DNA from: Longimicrobiales bacterium
GTDB taxonomy: Bacteria > Gemmatimonadota > Gemmatimonadetes > Longimicrobiales > Gaopeijiaceae
Reading direction: 5' to 3'
Assembly: GCA_965249725.1 (NCBI GenBank)
Contig: CBDFMQ010000002.1
Coordinates: 1,536,001-1,600,000 of the forward strand
DNA: 64,000 bases
A model generated the notes under the pieces. That model was given only the letters and a program-made list of their open reading frames with translations. It made no database searches and was not told the origin of the DNA. Below are positions 39,121 to 53,517 of this stretch, piece after piece. The position numbers and the translations under genes are program-made. Numbering within the stretch: the stretch's first letter is position 1; the number at the start of each line of letters is the position of its first letter.

Positions 39121-40086
39121 ATGGACTTCGGAGCCATTTGGATTCCGGCCGCCATCGTAGCCGGGGTGGGGTTGCTCTCCAGCTTGCGGATCCTCTACGA
39201 ATACGAGAGAGGGGTCATCTTTCGGCTTGGCAAGCTGACCCGGGCGAAGGGCCCCGGGCTCATCTTCCTGGTTCCGTTCGCGATCGAACGGATGAAGAAG
39301 ATGGACCTGCGCATCGTGGCGCTCGACATCGCACCACAGGACACCATCACGAAGGACAACGTCAGCGTGAAAGTAAACGCCGTCGTCTACTTCCGGGTGG
39401 CGGATCCGGCCAAGGCGGTCGTCGAGATCGAGGACTACTACTTCGCCACGAGCCAGCTGGCCCAGACTACGCTCCGCAGCGTCATCGGTCAGTCTGAGCT
39501 GGACGAGCTTCTTGCAGAACGGGAGCAGATCAACGAGGTGGTCTGCAAGATCATCGATCAAGGCACGGATCCCTGGGGCATCGAAGTCACCTCAGTCGAG
39601 ATCAAGGACATCGACCTCCCCCACGAGATGAAGCGCGCCATGGCCAAACAGGCCGAGGCCGAGCGGGAGCGGCGCGGCAAGGTCATCGCGGCCGCAGGGG
39701 AGGCACAGGCAGCCGCGAAGCTGGCCGAAGCGGCGGAGATCATCCAGCACTACCCCGTGGCGATTCAGCTCCGGTTCATGCAGACCGTCGTCGAGATCGC
39801 GGCCGAAAACAACTCCACGACCGTGTTCCCCATCCCCATGGACCTGTTCCAGCCGATCGCCGAGGCGGGGGAACGCTGGAAGTCGGGAGCACGTCCGTCG
39901 CAGGAGGCGTTCAAGGCGGCCGCCGAGGGGATGGTGGTGCCGGAGGGTGCCGATCAGGCGATGCTCGCAGAGGCGGCGAAGGCGTTTCTCGGGAGCGGGA
40001 GTGGCGGCCAGACCTCGGAGCCGGCTCAGGTCGCCCCAGAGGAGACGGGTTCCGAAGAGGACGCCGGAGAGGCCGACGACTCGTAA
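39121..40086 (+). CDS. SPFH/stomatin-like (slipin) protein
   Basis: [32 protein letters not shown]. Confidence 0.93.
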   Translation: MDFGAIWIPAAIVAGVGLLSSLRILYEYERGVIFRLGKLTRAKGPGLIFLVPFAIERMKKMDLRIVALDIAPQDTITKDNVSVKVNAVVYFRVADPAKAVVEIEDYYFATSQLAQTTLRSVIGQSELDELLAEREQINEVVCKIIDQGTDPWGIEVTSVEIKDIDLPHEMKRAMAKQAEAERERRGKVIAAAGEAQAAAKLAEAAEIIQHYPVAIQLRFMQTVVEIAAENNSTTVFPIPMDLFQPIAEAGERWKSGARPSQEAFKAAAEGMVVPEGADQAMLAEAAKAFLGSGSGGQTSEPAQVAPEETGSEEDAGEADDS

Positions 40087-40126
40087 GGACCCAGAAGGCC
40101 CCAAGGGCCCTGGCCCTCTCGCAGTG

Positions 40127-42495
<2,369 letters not shown>

Positions 42496-42502
<7 letters not shown>

Positions 42503-43515
42503 GCGCTTCCCTGCGGCGGAAAGTGATCGAATCCCCCAGAATGCTCTCTCCCACTCGGGCCGTCCCAACCCTCGATGTGCACTCCTTCGCCCTCTAACAC
42601 ACGGCCTACCTTAGTGAGAGAAGTCTCGAACGTCTTACGGAAGGTATCCACGAGGGGTCCGATCGACCCGGGAGGCGACGCGAAGCACAACTCGTAATCT
42701 TCGCCGCCCGAGAGCACGAGGTCGGACTCCCCGGCGGCCAAATCAGGGTGCGAGGGTACCAAGGCGGACTCGATCTCGATGCGCACGCCGGACGCCGCGG
42801 CCAAGTGGCCCGCGTCCCCCGCCAGTCCGTCCGATAGATCGATCATCGCATGAAGCTGACCGTGTTCGGCGAGCCAACCCGCCTCCCTTATGCGGGCCAC
42901 GGGTCGGGTGAAGGCCTCACGCAGCCCTGTACTCGGTTCCTCACCCCTGCTCCACGCCCGCACCGCCCCCGAGCTGCCGCCCAGGACGCCGCTGACCCAG
43001 ATCTCGTCGCCGGGAACGGCTCCTCTTCGCGTGACCGGATCCGTCGCCTCACCGAGCACAGTGACGTCGAGGACCAGCGGTCCGGGAGACCCCGTGAGGT
43101 CACCCCCCACAAGGGCGGCTCCGAGGTCCGCCAGGGCGTCTCGGACGCCCGCAGCGAGCTCGGTCAACACGGCTTTCGCCTCGTCCCCCGACACGGCCAC
43201 CGAGAGGAGCACACCCACAGGCGTCGCCGCCATGGCCGCGAGGTCGCTGGCGGCCGAGATGACGGCACGGTAGCCGGCTTCTTCCAGGGAGACCCAAGCC
43301 CGGCGAAAGTGCACATCCTCAACGGCGAGATCCGTACTCGCGACGACGTTCCCGCACCGCAGCACGGCCGCATCGTCTCCAGGCCCCACAAGAACGGCGG
43401 AACCCAAGGCACCCGACTCGCCGATCAGGGTCCGGATGAGATCGAACTCCCCTCCCGGACCCATGGGTACGGTGCGGTCCTCCCCCGGACCACGGGACGG
43501 GCCATCCAACATCAC
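42496..43515 (-). CDS. thiL: Thiamine-monophosphate kinase
   Basis: EFDLI, GDDAA, SDLAAM, GGD, DLSDGL, GEDYEL. Confidence 0.95.
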
Positions 43516-45113
43516 CGTGCGGCGTCTTGGTCGAAGATGACGAACGGCAGGTCGAGGTCGCTCTCACCCGGACCCTCTTCGTCCCACGCGGCAGGCAGCG
43601 TCTCGACGACATCGGACGGTGTGAGGCCCGATCCCTTGGCGACACGGCTGGCTGCCCGGCCGGTCGTGTGGAGGGCCAAGGCGCCCGCCACGTCCGCGGC
43701 ACACCCCTGGGCCAGAAATCCACCGGCCACGCCGGTGAGCACGTCGCCCATGCCGCCCGTTGCCAGATCGGAGCTTCCCGCCGTGTCCACCAGACAGGTC
43801 CCGGTCGGGGGGACGACGATCGATGGGAGACCCTTGAGCAAGACCGTCGCGCCCGATCGGGACGCGAGAATCCTCGCCGCCGATACACGGTCCTCCGCGA
43901 TCGCCTCTCCACTCAAGCCGGACAGAGAACGCATCTCGCCGAGATGGGGGGTGACCAGCACGACCCTTCCGTCATGGGTCCAGTGGTTCAGTGCGGGCCC
44001 CTCCCCCGATGCGGCCAGGTTCAGCGCGTCCGCATCCAAGACCGTCGGGCGGCCCGACGTGGCCTCCCTGACCACCTCCAGCAGTGCGCCACTCTCCAGG
44101 ACGTCCCCCAAGCCGGGCCCTGCGGCGACGGCATGGGAGGCCACGGCCGCATCTCTCACCGCCTTCGAGTCGTCTCCGCACACGAACACGGCTTCCGGAA
44201 CGGACCCCTGGATGATCTCACGGTTCTCCGGGGCCGACGCCACACGCAGGAGACCTACGCCGGAGCGCAACGCCGCCTTCGCCGCCATCACAGCGGCCCC
44301 GGCCATGCCTGTACGACCCGCCACGAGCAGCAGAGCACCCACGCGATTCTTGTGCGTGTCGGGCTCCCTGCGTGGTCTCCGCTCCGCTGCCCACGCCGGC
44401 GTCACGACCAAAGCACCGAACGCCCCGTCTGACACGGGCGGGAAACCGATCTCCACTGCGACCAACCGTCCGACGTTGGCACGTGCAGGTTGCAGCAGCG
44501 TGCCGATCTTCGGCCAACCCAACGCTACCGTCACCTGGGCGACGACCGCCTCCCCCTCGATGTGCCCCGTGTCCGCATCGACACCGGACGGCACATCCAA
44601 CGCAAGCACCGGGCGGCCTGCACCATTGATCGCCTGGATTGCTCTAGCCTGCCGGGCCCGGGCCTCTCCCCTTATGCCGGTGCCGAGAATGCCGTCCACC
44701 AACACCCCGGCGGAGGCAAGCGAGGACGCGAGTGTGCCATCATCGGCGGCCCCCACGGCGTCGCCGGTCCCCCCGTCACCCACACAAGACAGGTCCCATC
44801 CGTGGAGCAGGGCATCGTCCACCGGCCGATCCGCGACGAGCACCGCCTTCACGGGTCGGCCCCACGAGCGGAGGGTCCTGAGAAGCACGAGGGCATCACC
44901 CCCGTTGTTCCCGGCCCCTACGAGGGCAACCACTTCTCCACGAGGATACAATCGGTCGAGAACGTGGGCGGCGGATCGGCCGGCGCACTCCATCAGGGCC
45001 AGCTGTGGCACGTCCTGCTCCGAGATGGCCCAGTGGTCGAAGGCAGCCGCTTCGGACCCCGTGGGGGCCCACACCCGGGGGCCTCCGTAAGGCCGGATAG
45101 GGATCCCAGTCAT
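43512..45113 (-). CDS. nnr: Bifunctional NAD(P)HX epimerase/dehydratase
   Basis: LMECAG, GNNGGD, DVPSG, DADAL, TPHLGE, GGMGDVL. Confidence 0.93.
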   Translation of the reverse strand: MTGIPIRPYGGPRVWAPTGSEAAAFDHWAISEQDVPQLALMECAGRSAAHVLDRLYPRGEVVALVGAGNNGGDALVLLRTLRSWGRPVKAVLVADRPVDDALLHGWDLSCVGDGGTGDAVGAADDGTLASSLASAGVLVDGILGTGIRGEARARQARAIQAINGAGRPVLALDVPSGVDADTGHIEGEAVVAQVTVALGWPKIGTLLQPARANVGRLVAVEIGFPPVSDGAFGALVVTPAWAAERRPRREPDTHKNRVGALLLVAGRTGMAGAAVMAAKAALRSGVGLLRVASAPENREIIQGSVPEAVFVCGDDSKAVRDAAVASHAVAAGPGLGDVLESGALLEVVREATSGRPTVLDADALNLAASGEGPALNHWTHDGRVVLVTPHLGEMRSLSGLSGEAIAEDRVSAARILASRSGATVLLKGLPSIVVPPTGTCLVDTAGSSDLATGGMGDVLTGVAGGFLAQGCAADVAGALALHTTGRAASRVAKGSGLTPSDVVETLPAAWDEEGPGESDLDLPFVIFDQDAAR

Positions 45114-45239
45114 GAAGCCTCGATGCTCGGTGCCCATTCGAGGGCACGCTGGATCCAAACCGAGTTCAGTGGTGGCAGGTACGAGGTGACGCGACGGCGG
45201 GTTCCACCCGGACGCCTGGAGCGCACGGGAGGAAGGAAA

Positions 45240-45437
45240 CTACTTGTAGCTTTGGCCGATACTCCGGCCGAGCGAAATCTCCCCATTGTCGATCCGGATG
45301 TTGAAGCCGCACTCCGGGTCGGAGCACACCCAGGCTTTGTAACGGATCGCCGCACCGTCTCGCCCATAATCCGAAAGCGGCAACAGGATCCCCGCATCGC
45401 ACTTCTGACAGCGAGGAAACCCAGTTTCTTCCGGCAT
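45240..45437 (-). CDS. Small zinc-ribbon hypothetical protein
   Basis: CQKC...WVCSDPEC; GGAGGGG Shine-Dalgarno upstream. Confidence 0.7.
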   Translation of the reverse strand: MPEETGFPRCQKCDAGILLPLSDYGRDGAAIRYKAWVCSDPECGFNIRIDNGEISLGRSIGQSYK

Positions 45438-45553
45438 GTTCGACCCCTCCCTACAACGTTTTCAGTTTGGCGAGCCCCCCGTCGACCAATCGACGGCAAG
45501 GCAGGCGCTTCTCGGTATGGTACTCAATCGAATGCGGCCCGCAGGCCGATCCC

Positions 45554-45934
45554 TCAAATCCCCGGACTCCAAGGATAGTTCTGCTCGAACGCTTCCTCGA
45601 AATCGAACACATCGCGGAAGTCTTCCGGGCTGTCTCCATCTTGCCTGATGAGAACCCCACAATCGACCAACGCGAAAACGATGTCTCCGAGGTCTTCGGT
45701 GGTGTGGATACCCCAATGCTGCAAAACGGTCCGTGCCATGGGACCGAAACGACTCAACGCGAGTCCTCGGACCCCCTCGGCCAGTTCCCGGCCCGAGATA
45801 TGGCGTGGCTCATCCAGACTTTCCATGACCCGATGCAGCGACGAGAGCAAGAAGAGGTACGCCTTCCCGTGAAAACGGGGGTGTTTTTCCTGGAGCTGAT
45901 CCAGGACCTCTTCGGCAAACTGAAGCTCGGTCAT
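45554..45934 (-). CDS. Minf_1886-family protein
   Basis: AYLFL...RHISGREL...FGPMARTVL.HWGI..TEDLG.IVF.LV. Confidence 0.75.
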   Translation of the reverse strand: MTELQFAEEVLDQLQEKHPRFHGKAYLFLLSSLHRVMESLDEPRHISGRELAEGVRGLALSRFGPMARTVLQHWGIHTTEDLGDIVFALVDCGVLIRQDGDSPEDFRDVFDFEEAFEQNYPWSPGI

Positions 45935-45984
45935 AAGGGAAATCTTACGCGCTCACGGTCCTGGCGCCAGGCTACTACAGGGGT

Positions 45985-47244
45985 CTACGCCCGTGCCGCC
46001 AATTCTTGATAGAGTGGGAACGATTGGCACATCTCGTCGATCTGGCCGCGGACGCTCTCGATCACTCCTTCGTCGGTCGGGTCGGCGAGCACGGTGGCAA
46101 TCCAATCGCCGATCTGCCGCATGTCGGATTCGCGAAGTCCCCGGGTCGTCACGGCAGACGTCCCGATGCGGAGTCCACAGGTGACGAACGGGGATCGGGT
46201 CTCGCCCGGCACGGTGTTCTTGTTCACCGTGATCCCCGCCGCCTCGAGAGCGTGCTCCGCCTCCTTGCCCGTGAGTTCTTCGTGGCTCTTGCGAAGATCC
46301 ACGAGTAGGAGGTGGTTGTCCGTGCCCCCACTGACCAGGAAGAAGCCGTGCTCCGAGAGGCTCTCGGCCAGAGCCCGTGCGTTCGCGACGATCTGGCGCT
46401 GGTAGCTCTTGAAGTCGGGCTGAAGCGCCTCCCTCAAGGCCACGGCCTTCGCTGCGATGATGTGCATCAGCGGCCCGCCCTGAGTGCCGGGGAAGACGGA
46501 CTTGTCGATGGTGCTGGCGTGCTCCTCCTTGCAGAGGATCAGGCCGCCCCTCGGTCCCCGCAGCGTCTTATGCGTGGTCGTGGTCACGACGTCGGAATGG
46601 GGAACCGGACTCGGGTGTACGTCCGCGGCGACCAGCCCCGCGATGTGGGCCATGTCCACCAACATCAGAGCATCCACCTCACGAGCGATCTCCCCGAACG
46701 TCTCGAAGTCGATGATGCGAGGATACGCACTCGCGCCGGCCACGATCATCTTCGGTCTGATCTCCAAGGCCTGCTCCCGAAGGGCATCATAGTCGATGCG
46801 CCCATCAGACTCCCGCACTCCGTATGCGGCGACCTCGAAGAGTCGGCCGCTGAAGTTCACCGGGGATCCGTGAGTCAGGTGACCACCGTGACTCAGGTTC
46901 ATGCCGAGGATGGTGTCTCCGGGATCGAGAAACGCGAAATAGGCGGCCATGTTCGCCTGGGCTCCGGAGTGCGCCTGGACGTTGGCGTGTTCGGCCCCGA
47001 AGAGTTCCTTGGCACGATCGCGGGCCAGCTCTTCGGCCACATCTACGTGTTCGCAGCCGCCGTAGTAGCGCTTGCCCGGAAGCCCTTCGGCATACTTGTT
47101 GGCCATCACCGTTCCCATCGCCTGGAGCACGGCTCGCGATACGAAGTTCTCGCTGGCGATGAGTTCGAGTTGCGAGGACTGACGCTCCGCCTCGGCTCGG
47201 ATGGCCTCGAAGATCTGGGGGTCTGTGCTTTTTAAGTGGTCCAT
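45985..47244 (-). CDS. glyA: Serine hydroxymethyltransferase
   Basis: [31 protein letters not shown]. Confidence 0.97.
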   Translation of the reverse strand: MDHLKSTDPQIFEAIRAEAERQSSQLELIASENFVSRAVLQAMGTVMANKYAEGLPGKRYYGGCEHVDVAEELARDRAKELFGAEHANVQAHSGAQANMAAYFAFLDPGDTILGMNLSHGGHLTHGSPVNFSGRLFEVAAYGVRESDGRIDYDALREQALEIRPKMIVAGASAYPRIIDFETFGEIAREVDALMLVDMAHIAGLVAADVHPSPVPHSDVVTTTTHKTLRGPRGGLILCKEEHASTIDKSVFPGTQGGPLMHIIAAKAVALREALQPDFKSYQRQIVANARALAESLSEHGFFLVSGGTDNHLLLVDLRKSHEELTGKEAEHALEAAGITVNKNTVPGETRSPFVTCGLRIGTSAVTTRGLRESDMRQIGDWIATVLADPTDEGVIESVRGQIDEMCQSFPLYQELAARA

Positions 47245-47291
47245 GGCGGCCGAAAGTACGGACGGAGTCGAGTTTGGGCCATACGGCCGTT

Positions 47292-48350
47292 CTAGATGTG
47301 GCTGCGCCGGAATTCTCGGGCTTCGCTGATGCGCTGCCGGGCGACCCGATCCGCCGCCTCGCTCGTCGGGATCTCCTCACCCTTGGCCCTGTTGAAGATC
47401 CGCAGGAGCGTGTCATAGATGGCGCCCGCCTTCTTCTTGCTCTGCTCGGGCGTCCAGCCCTGCAACTCGCCGTAGACGTTGCACAGGCCCCCAGCGTTGA
47501 TCACGTAGTCGGGCGCATACAGGATTCCCTGGTCGTGCAGCGCCTGCCCGTGACGCGCCTCAGCGAGCTGGTTGTTCGCGGCTCCGGCGACGATATCGAC
47601 CTTCAGCTCCTTAAGTGTGTCGTCGTTGATCACCGCGCCCAAGGCACAGGGGGCATACACATCGGCGTCCACCCCACACACGGCCTCAGCGCCGACCGCC
47701 GAGGCTCCGAACTCGTCCACAACCCGCTGAACGCGACCTTCGTCGATGTCGGTCACGGTGAGCTTGGCCCCGTCGGCGGCCAGATCTTCGCAGAGGTAGT
47801 ACCCTACGTGCCCCACGCCCTGGACGACGACGTGCTTGCCTTCGAGAGAATCGTCACCGTAGCGGAACTGGGCACACGCCTTGATGCCCCGGTAGACTCC
47901 GTACGCGGTGATCGGAGAGGGATCACCCGAGCCCTCCTTGAGTCCCGTCACCGAGCCGGTCTCCATTCGGACGTATTCCATATCGTCCACCGAGGTGCCG
48001 ACATCTTCGGCCGTGATATACCGGCCCTTGAGAGACTCCACCGCGCGTCCGTGAGCTCGGAAGATCATCTCCCGCTCCATGGTGCGGTTGTCACCGATGA
48101 TCACGGACTTGCCTCCACCGAGGTTCAAGCCGGTGATGGCGGCTTTGTACGTCATCCCTCGCGCGAGCCGCAACACGTCGGTCACGGCCTCCTCGTCAGA
48201 CGCGTAGTTCCAGAACCGTGTACCGCCCAGCGCCGGCCCCAGCGTGGTATCGTGGATGGCGATAAGCCCTCGGTACCCGATGGAAGGCTCACTCCAGAAC
48301 ACGAGCTGCTCATGGCCCCGCTTGGCCATCGCGTCAAATATTTCTATCAC
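47292..48350 (-). CDS. ldh: Leucine dehydrogenase (Glu/Leu/Phe/Val DH family)
   Basis: [36 protein letters not shown]. Confidence 0.9.
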   Translation of the reverse strand: MIEIFDAMAKRGHEQLVFWSEPSIGYRGLIAIHDTTLGPALGGTRFWNYASDEEAVTDVLRLARGMTYKAAITGLNLGGGKSVIIGDNRTMEREMIFRAHGRAVESLKGRYITAEDVGTSVDDMEYVRMETGSVTGLKEGSGDPSPITAYGVYRGIKACAQFRYGDDSLEGKHVVVQGVGHVGYYLCEDLAADGAKLTVTDIDEGRVQRVVDEFGASAVGAEAVCGVDADVYAPCALGAVINDDTLKELKVDIVAGAANNQLAEARHGQALHDQGILYAPDYVINAGGLCNVYGELQGWTPEQSKKKAGAIYDTLLRIFNRAKGEEIPTSEAADRVARQRISEAREFRRSHI

Positions 48351-48435
48351 TCCGTCGACCTCGTCATCGAGAGTTTCGGTTTCGCGGAGTCCGGGCATGC
48401 CGGACACCTATCGACCACAGGTATCAAGCCACGGG

Positions 48436-49689
48436 TCATGATCCGTTCCGTGCTTCCTTCAAGATCTCACGGGCCACCACGAGGCGCATGATCTCACTAG
48501 TACCCTCGTAGATCTCCGCGCCCTTCGCGTCCCGCATCAACTGCTCGACCGGGTAGTCTCGCATGTAACCATAGCCACCGAAGATCTGCACCGCCTCGTC
48601 GGCTACCCACATGGCGCTCTCACTGGCCGTCAGCTTCGCCATCGCCGCCATCACGGAAACGGACTCGGTACCTCGTCCGGCCCCGGTTCCGGCTCCGGTG
48701 CCTGCTCTGTGACCATCCGCCTCCATCTGCCCGGCGGCGGTATGGAGAAGCGACCGAGAAGCTGCAATGCGGCTCGCCATATCGGCAAGCTTGAACTGGA
48801 TCGCGCCGAACTCGGCTATGGCCTGTCCGAACTGGTGCCGCTCGGTCGCATACGTCGTCGCGTGCTCGAACGCCGCCTGTGCGATACCGACCGACTGGGC
48901 GCCGATCCCGAGGCGTCCCACATCGAGGGCTTCGAGCGCGTAGCCCAATCCCCGGGCCGGGTCGCCGAGCACCCGATCGCTCGCCACCGCCACGTCCGTC
49001 AACTCCACCGATACGGTCTGCGAGGCGCGCAACCCCATGGTGGTCTCTCGCCCTGCAACGGCATAACCCGCACTGCCAGGCTCCAGGAGAAACGCACCCA
49101 GGCGGCGCTCCGACCCAGCCCCAACCTCGTCCCCCGCCTCGTCCGCTCCCCCCTTCCCCCCCTCCGCGCCCCGGGTCGAGGCGAAGGCGACGACGAGGCC
49201 CGCACGGTCTCCGTTCGTGACCCAGCGCTTCGTTCCGTTGAGGGACCAACCGCCCCCGTCCGTGGGTGTGGCGTGCGTCTGGATGGAGGCCGCATCACTA
49301 CCCGAATCGGGCTCCGAGAGTGCGAAGGCGCCTAAGAGGGAGCCCGAGGCGAGGGCCGGCAAGAACGTCTGCTTCTGTTCCTCGGAACCGTGCTGGAGCA
49401 GCAGCGTCGTGACCGGCCCACTGTGGATCGCCACCGTCAACGCGAGGCTGGCGTCCCCCCACGCCAACTCTTCCAGCGCGAGGAGATACGTACCGAGGTC
49501 CAGCTCCAAACCGCCGTATCGCTCCGGCACGCGCATCCCCAGAAACCCGAGCTCTCCGAGCTTCCCGAAGATCTCTTCGTCGAGGTCCCCTGATTGGTCC
49601 CAACGGGCGGCAAAAGGACGGACCTCTCCCTCCGCGAAGTCCCGGGCCAAAGCCCGGATCTCGAGGGCCTCAGATGTGAACGGGCTCAA
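48436..49689 (-). CDS. Acyl-CoA dehydrogenase
   Basis: FALSEPDSGSD, KRWVTNG, QIFGGYGY, IYEGTSEI. Confidence 0.93.
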   Translation of the reverse strand: MSPFTSEALEIRALARDFAEGEVRPFAARWDQSGDLDEEIFGKLGELGFLGMRVPERYGGLELDLGTYLLALEELAWGDASLALTVAIHSGPVTTLLLQHGSEEQKQTFLPALASGSLLGAFALSEPDSGSDAASIQTHATPTDGGGWSLNGTKRWVTNGDRAGLVVAFASTRGAEGGKGGADEAGDEVGAGSERRLGAFLLEPGSAGYAVAGRETTMGLRASQTVSVELTDVAVASDRVLGDPARGLGYALEALDVGRLGIGAQSVGIAQAAFEHATTYATERHQFGQAIAEFGAIQFKLADMASRIAASRSLLHTAAGQMEADGHRAGTGAGTGAGRGTESVSVMAAMAKLTASESAMWVADEAVQIFGGYGYMRDYPVEQLMRDAKGAEIYEGTSEIMRLVVAREILKEARNGS

Positions 49690-49691
49690 GG

Positions 49692-50549
49692 TCAGGCGTC
49701 GTACTCGTAGAAGCCCCGACCCGTCTTCCTACCCAGCCACCCCGCCGCGACGTACTTGCGAAGAAGGGGGCACGGACGGTACCGGTCGTCCCCAAGCTCC
49801 CGGTGCAGGACCTCCATGATGCTGAGACACGTGTCCAGGCCGATGAGATCGGCAAGCGCCAAGGGGCCCATAGGGTGGTTCATTCCGAGCTTCATCACGT
49901 CGTCGATCGCCGCCACTCCCGCGACGCCCTCCATGAGGGCGAAGACGGCTTCGTTGATCATGGGCCCGAGAATCCGGTTCGAGACGAACCCGGGAAAGTC
50001 GTTCACCTCCACGGGTGTCTTGCCCAGCTCCTCGGACAATCCGACGACCGCCGCCGTCGTGTCATCACTCGTGGCGAGACCCCGGATGATCTCGACGAGC
50101 TTCATGACCGGCACAGGGTTCATGAAGTGCATCCCGATGACTTTGTCCGCCCGCCCTGTCACCGCCGCGATGGCCGTAATGGAAATGGACGACGTGTTGC
50201 TGGCCAGGATGGTATCGGGTGCCGTCCTCTCATCCAGGCGTCGGAACAGGTCGTACTTGAGTTCGGCCTTCTCCGGCACCGCCTCGACCACCAGCTGCGC
50301 ACCCTCTACCGCTTTCTCCAGCGACGTGGTGGTCCCGATCCGTCCGAGCGTCTCGTTCCGGGCCGCCTCGTCGATGATCTCCTTCTTGACCTGCCGATCC
50401 AGGTTCTTCGAGATCGTAGCGAGGGCACCGTCCAGCACTTCTTGGGACACATCGGTGAGCTGCACGTCGCGGCCCTGCTGGGCACACACGTGGGCGATCC
50501 CGTTGCCCATGGTACCGCCACCGATCACCGTGATCTTATCTATGGTCAT
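49692..50549 (-). CDS. hbd: 3-hydroxybutyryl-CoA dehydrogenase
   Basis: [31 protein letters not shown]. Confidence 0.93.
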   Translation of the reverse strand: MTIDKITVIGGGTMGNGIAHVCAQQGRDVQLTDVSQEVLDGALATISKNLDRQVKKEIIDEAARNETLGRIGTTTSLEKAVEGAQLVVEAVPEKAELKYDLFRRLDERTAPDTILASNTSSISITAIAAVTGRADKVIGMHFMNPVPVMKLVEIIRGLATSDDTTAAVVGLSEELGKTPVEVNDFPGFVSNRILGPMINEAVFALMEGVAGVAAIDDVMKLGMNHPMGPLALADLIGLDTCLSIMEVLHRELGDDRYRPCPLLRKYVAAGWLGRKTGRGFYEYDA

Positions 50550-50584
50550 GCCGTCCTCGGCTTTCAGAGTCGTTGGTACCAGCC

Positions 50585-51796
50585 CTATGACTTCTCGACG
50601 GAAAGGGCCACCGCGTTCCCGCCTCCGAGGCAGAGCGAGGCCATGCCCGACTCGACGCCCCGATCGTCCATCGCGTTCAGCAGGGTCACCAGAATCCGCG
50701 CACCGGAGGCACCGATGGGGTGTCCCAGCGCGACCGCTCCGCCGTTCACGTTCACCCGGTCCGGATCGACCTCCAGCGCCCTCATGTCGGCCAACGCCTG
50801 CACCGCAAAGGCCTCGTTGAGCTCGTAGAGCCCGTAGTCGTCCACCGTTTTCCCCTCCTTGCCCATGAGGTTCTGCACGGCAGTAATCGGGGCGAAGAAG
50901 AGATCTTGTGGCTCGGTCCCACTTGATGCGTAGCCGGAGATGGTCGCTTGGACGGACAGTCCGTGAGCCTCTGCGAACTCCAGCGAGGTCACAACGAGCG
51001 CCGCGGCGCCGTCGTTGAGTCCCGGAGCATTACCGGCCGTCACAACCAGCTCGTCGAGTCCCTCTGGGGCGTCCTTGGGGAACGCCGGACGGAGCTTGCC
51101 CAACGCCTCCAGCGTCGACTCCCGTCGCGGCGACTCGTCGGTGTCCACCACCGTGGTGCCGCGACGGGTCTCGATCGAGACCGGAACGATCTCGGTGTCG
51201 AACTTGCCGGCGTCCATCGCCGCTACGGCCAGCGTGTGCGAGCGGAGGGAGAACTCGTCGGCATCTTGCCGGGAGATTCCTGCCTTCGCGGCCGTGTATT
51301 CCGCGTGGCCCCCCATGTGACAGTGGCCGAAGGCACACCACAGACCATCCAAAATGAGCCCGTCCTCGACCTTCTGATCTCCGAACTTCACCCCGGATCG
51401 GAGCCCCCTGACGTAGAACGGGACGTTCGACATGGACTCCATGCCCCCCGCGACCACGGCTTGCGCATCGCCGGCGCGAACGGCCTGTGCCGCGAGCATC
51501 ACGGCTTTCAGCCCCGAGCCGCAGACCTTGTTGATCGTCATGGCCGGCACGGTAGCGGGAATGCCCGCTCCGATGGCCGCCTGACGGGCGGGAGCCTGGC
51601 CTTCGCCGGCCACCACCACATTGCCCATGATGACTTCGTCGATGGCGTTGACATCTATTGCAGAGCGCTTCACCGCGGCGCTGATGGCCACCGCACCCAA
51701 CTCGGGAGCGGACAGGGGGCCGAGCCCACCGAGAAAGCGGCCGATGGGGGTCCGGGCTCCGTCGACGATTACCGGAATTCTCGCTCTATCGCTCAT
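50585..51796 (-). CDS. Acetyl-CoA C-acetyltransferase (thiolase)
   Basis: [24 protein letters not shown]. Confidence 0.95.
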   Translation of the reverse strand: MSDRARIPVIVDGARTPIGRFLGGLGPLSAPELGAVAISAAVKRSAIDVNAIDEVIMGNVVVAGEGQAPARQAAIGAGIPATVPAMTINKVCGSGLKAVMLAAQAVRAGDAQAVVAGGMESMSNVPFYVRGLRSGVKFGDQKVEDGLILDGLWCAFGHCHMGGHAEYTAAKAGISRQDADEFSLRSHTLAVAAMDAGKFDTEIVPVSIETRRGTTVVDTDESPRRESTLEALGKLRPAFPKDAPEGLDELVVTAGNAPGLNDGAAALVVTSLEFAEAHGLSVQATISGYASSGTEPQDLFFAPITAVQNLMGKEGKTVDDYGLYELNEAFAVQALADMRALEVDPDRVNVNGGAVALGHPIGASGARILVTLLNAMDDRGVESGMASLCLGGGNAVALSVEKS

Positions 51797-51996
51797 GAAC
51801 GCATCGCTTCTTCAGGAGTCTCATGTATCCGGCCGTCGGCCGGACACCGGCCGGCTGTCAGCCGGACACCGGCCGACCGGCAGCCGGGGCAGCACAGTAA
51901 TTTATCGAGATTTCGTGGCAGGCACAGGCGTCCAGGCGTGCTCTCTCAGCGATCGGACGAGCGACCGCGCAGACCCGGAGTCCCCGGATCTCGGAT

Positions 51997-52845
51997 TCAC
52001 CAAACCCCGTCGGGACTCGGGTCCAAGAGGGAGAGTTGCTGCCCCTGCCGAGGCCGCGATGTCGGGCGCCGCTTACGCAGGAAGGACTTCAGGGACTCTA
52101 GGTCCGTCACGCCCTGAATGCCGGCCTCATCAATCAGTCTCAACAGAACACGGGCGGTCGCCAGAGCGTCCCCGTGTGCCCGGTGGCGGTGCGTGATCTC
52201 GATGTCGAAATGTCGGGCCACCGCATCCAGATTCCGACGTCTCAGGCGAGGCACGATGCGGCGAACCATACGAACGGTGCAGAGTCGCTCCACTCGTGGC
52301 ACCTCGCCGATGGATTCGGCCAGTTGTTGGCTCACGAACCCCCAGTCGAAGCGTACATTGTGCGCGACGAAGATCCGACCCTCCAGGCGCTCGAGGATGT
52401 CCGGCGCGATCTGATCAAAGTATGGCGCGGGAGACACCATGTCGTTGGAGATTCCGGTGAGCACTTCAATCCGGGGAGGGATCATCCGGCCCGGATTGAC
52501 CAACGTGTGGTACTCGTCGGCCACGACTCCATCTCGCACTACGTAGATGGCGATTTCCGTGATCCGATGACCGCGACGATAGGGCCCGCCGGTCGTCTCC
52601 ACATCCACGACCGCATACTCCAATTGGGCGAGCGGTGCGCCGGGACGGGGCCCTCGGAAGGACCAGAGTCCCTCTTTGTCCACGTGGAAACGGGCATCCG
52701 TACCAAGGAGGGTGAAGACGGCGGCCGAGGCGGCACCCGGATGCCCGCAGAGACCCAGGACCTCCTTCGCCAAGTCCAGCGTGTGCGTGGAACCGCCCTC
52801 CAGGACCGAGGCGGCTCGGTTGATCAGGGCTCGGTCTCCCCTCAC
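51997..52845 (-). CDS. DEDDh 3'-5' exonuclease (DnaQ/PolC-exo-like)
   Basis: VDVETTG, AHNVRFD, HRAHGDA. Confidence 0.9.
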   Translation of the reverse strand: MRGDRALINRAASVLEGGSTHTLDLAKEVLGLCGHPGAASAAVFTLLGTDARFHVDKEGLWSFRGPRPGAPLAQLEYAVVDVETTGGPYRRGHRITEIAIYVVRDGVVADEYHTLVNPGRMIPPRIEVLTGISNDMVSPAPYFDQIAPDILERLEGRIFVAHNVRFDWGFVSQQLAESIGEVPRVERLCTVRMVRRIVPRLRRRNLDAVARHFDIEITHRHRAHGDALATARVLLRLIDEAGIQGVTDLESLKSFLRKRRPTSRPRQGQQLSLLDPSPDGVW

Positions 52846-53483
52846 TCCTCCCCTTCTTCCCGACTCAACGCGAAGGAGAGCGCTTCGAGCTCCATGACCA
52901 TGTTCACGTCTTTCACCGTTACACCCACGGGGACTCTCAGCGTGGTGGGGGCGAAGTTCAGAATACCGCGTACCCCCGCATCGGTGACCCGATCCATGAC
53001 CACCGGAACAGCCTCCACCGGCACCGCGAGGATGACGATCTCGATATCCCGCTCTCGCACGATGGTCTCGAAATCGGCGATGTCACGCACCGTCAGGTCC
53101 GCCCATCGCTCACCGACCTTCGAGGGATCCACGTCGAGGATAGCGACGATATCGTAGCCGCGTTCCTGGAATCCACCGTATTCGACGAGCGCCGAGCCGA
53201 TACGCCCGACACCGACCAGAGCTACCCGCCACCGCCGATCGAGTCCGAGGATGGTGCGGATGCGCCCCCCCAACTCAGCCACGCCATACCCGAGCCCTCG
53301 CTTGCCGAAAGACCCGAACAGTGAAAGGTCCTTCCGCACCTGCGCGGCCGTGGTATCACTGTGCTTGGCCAACTGCTCGCTGGATACAGTTGCCTCACCG
53401 TCCAGCTCGAGATTCTCCAGTATTCGGAGATAGAGCGACAATCGACGGACGGCTGATTCGGAAATCTTCTTCGATACGGACAC
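52842..53483 (-). CDS. rex: Redox-sensing transcriptional repressor Rex
   Basis: RRLSLYLR, QVRKDLS.FG.FG.RG.GY, Rossmann motif GVGRIG, ILNFAP. Confidence 0.95.
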   Translation of the reverse strand: MSVSKKISESAVRRLSLYLRILENLELDGEATVSSEQLAKHSDTTAAQVRKDLSLFGSFGKRGLGYGVAELGGRIRTILGLDRRWRVALVGVGRIGSALVEYGGFQERGYDIVAILDVDPSKVGERWADLTVRDIADFETIVRERDIEIVILAVPVEAVPVVMDRVTDAGVRGILNFAPTTLRVPVGVTVKDVNMVMELEALSFALSREEGEE

Positions 53484-53517
53484 GTGGGAATCCGGTTAAA
53501 CCCTGCCACACCCCGGC

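Noticed and set aside
42850..45090. Long antisense ORFs (746 aa here; also 15557-17557, 24290-25930, 10717-12219 and others)
   Set aside because: Shadow frames of well-supported genes in high-GC DNA, with no recognisable motifs.
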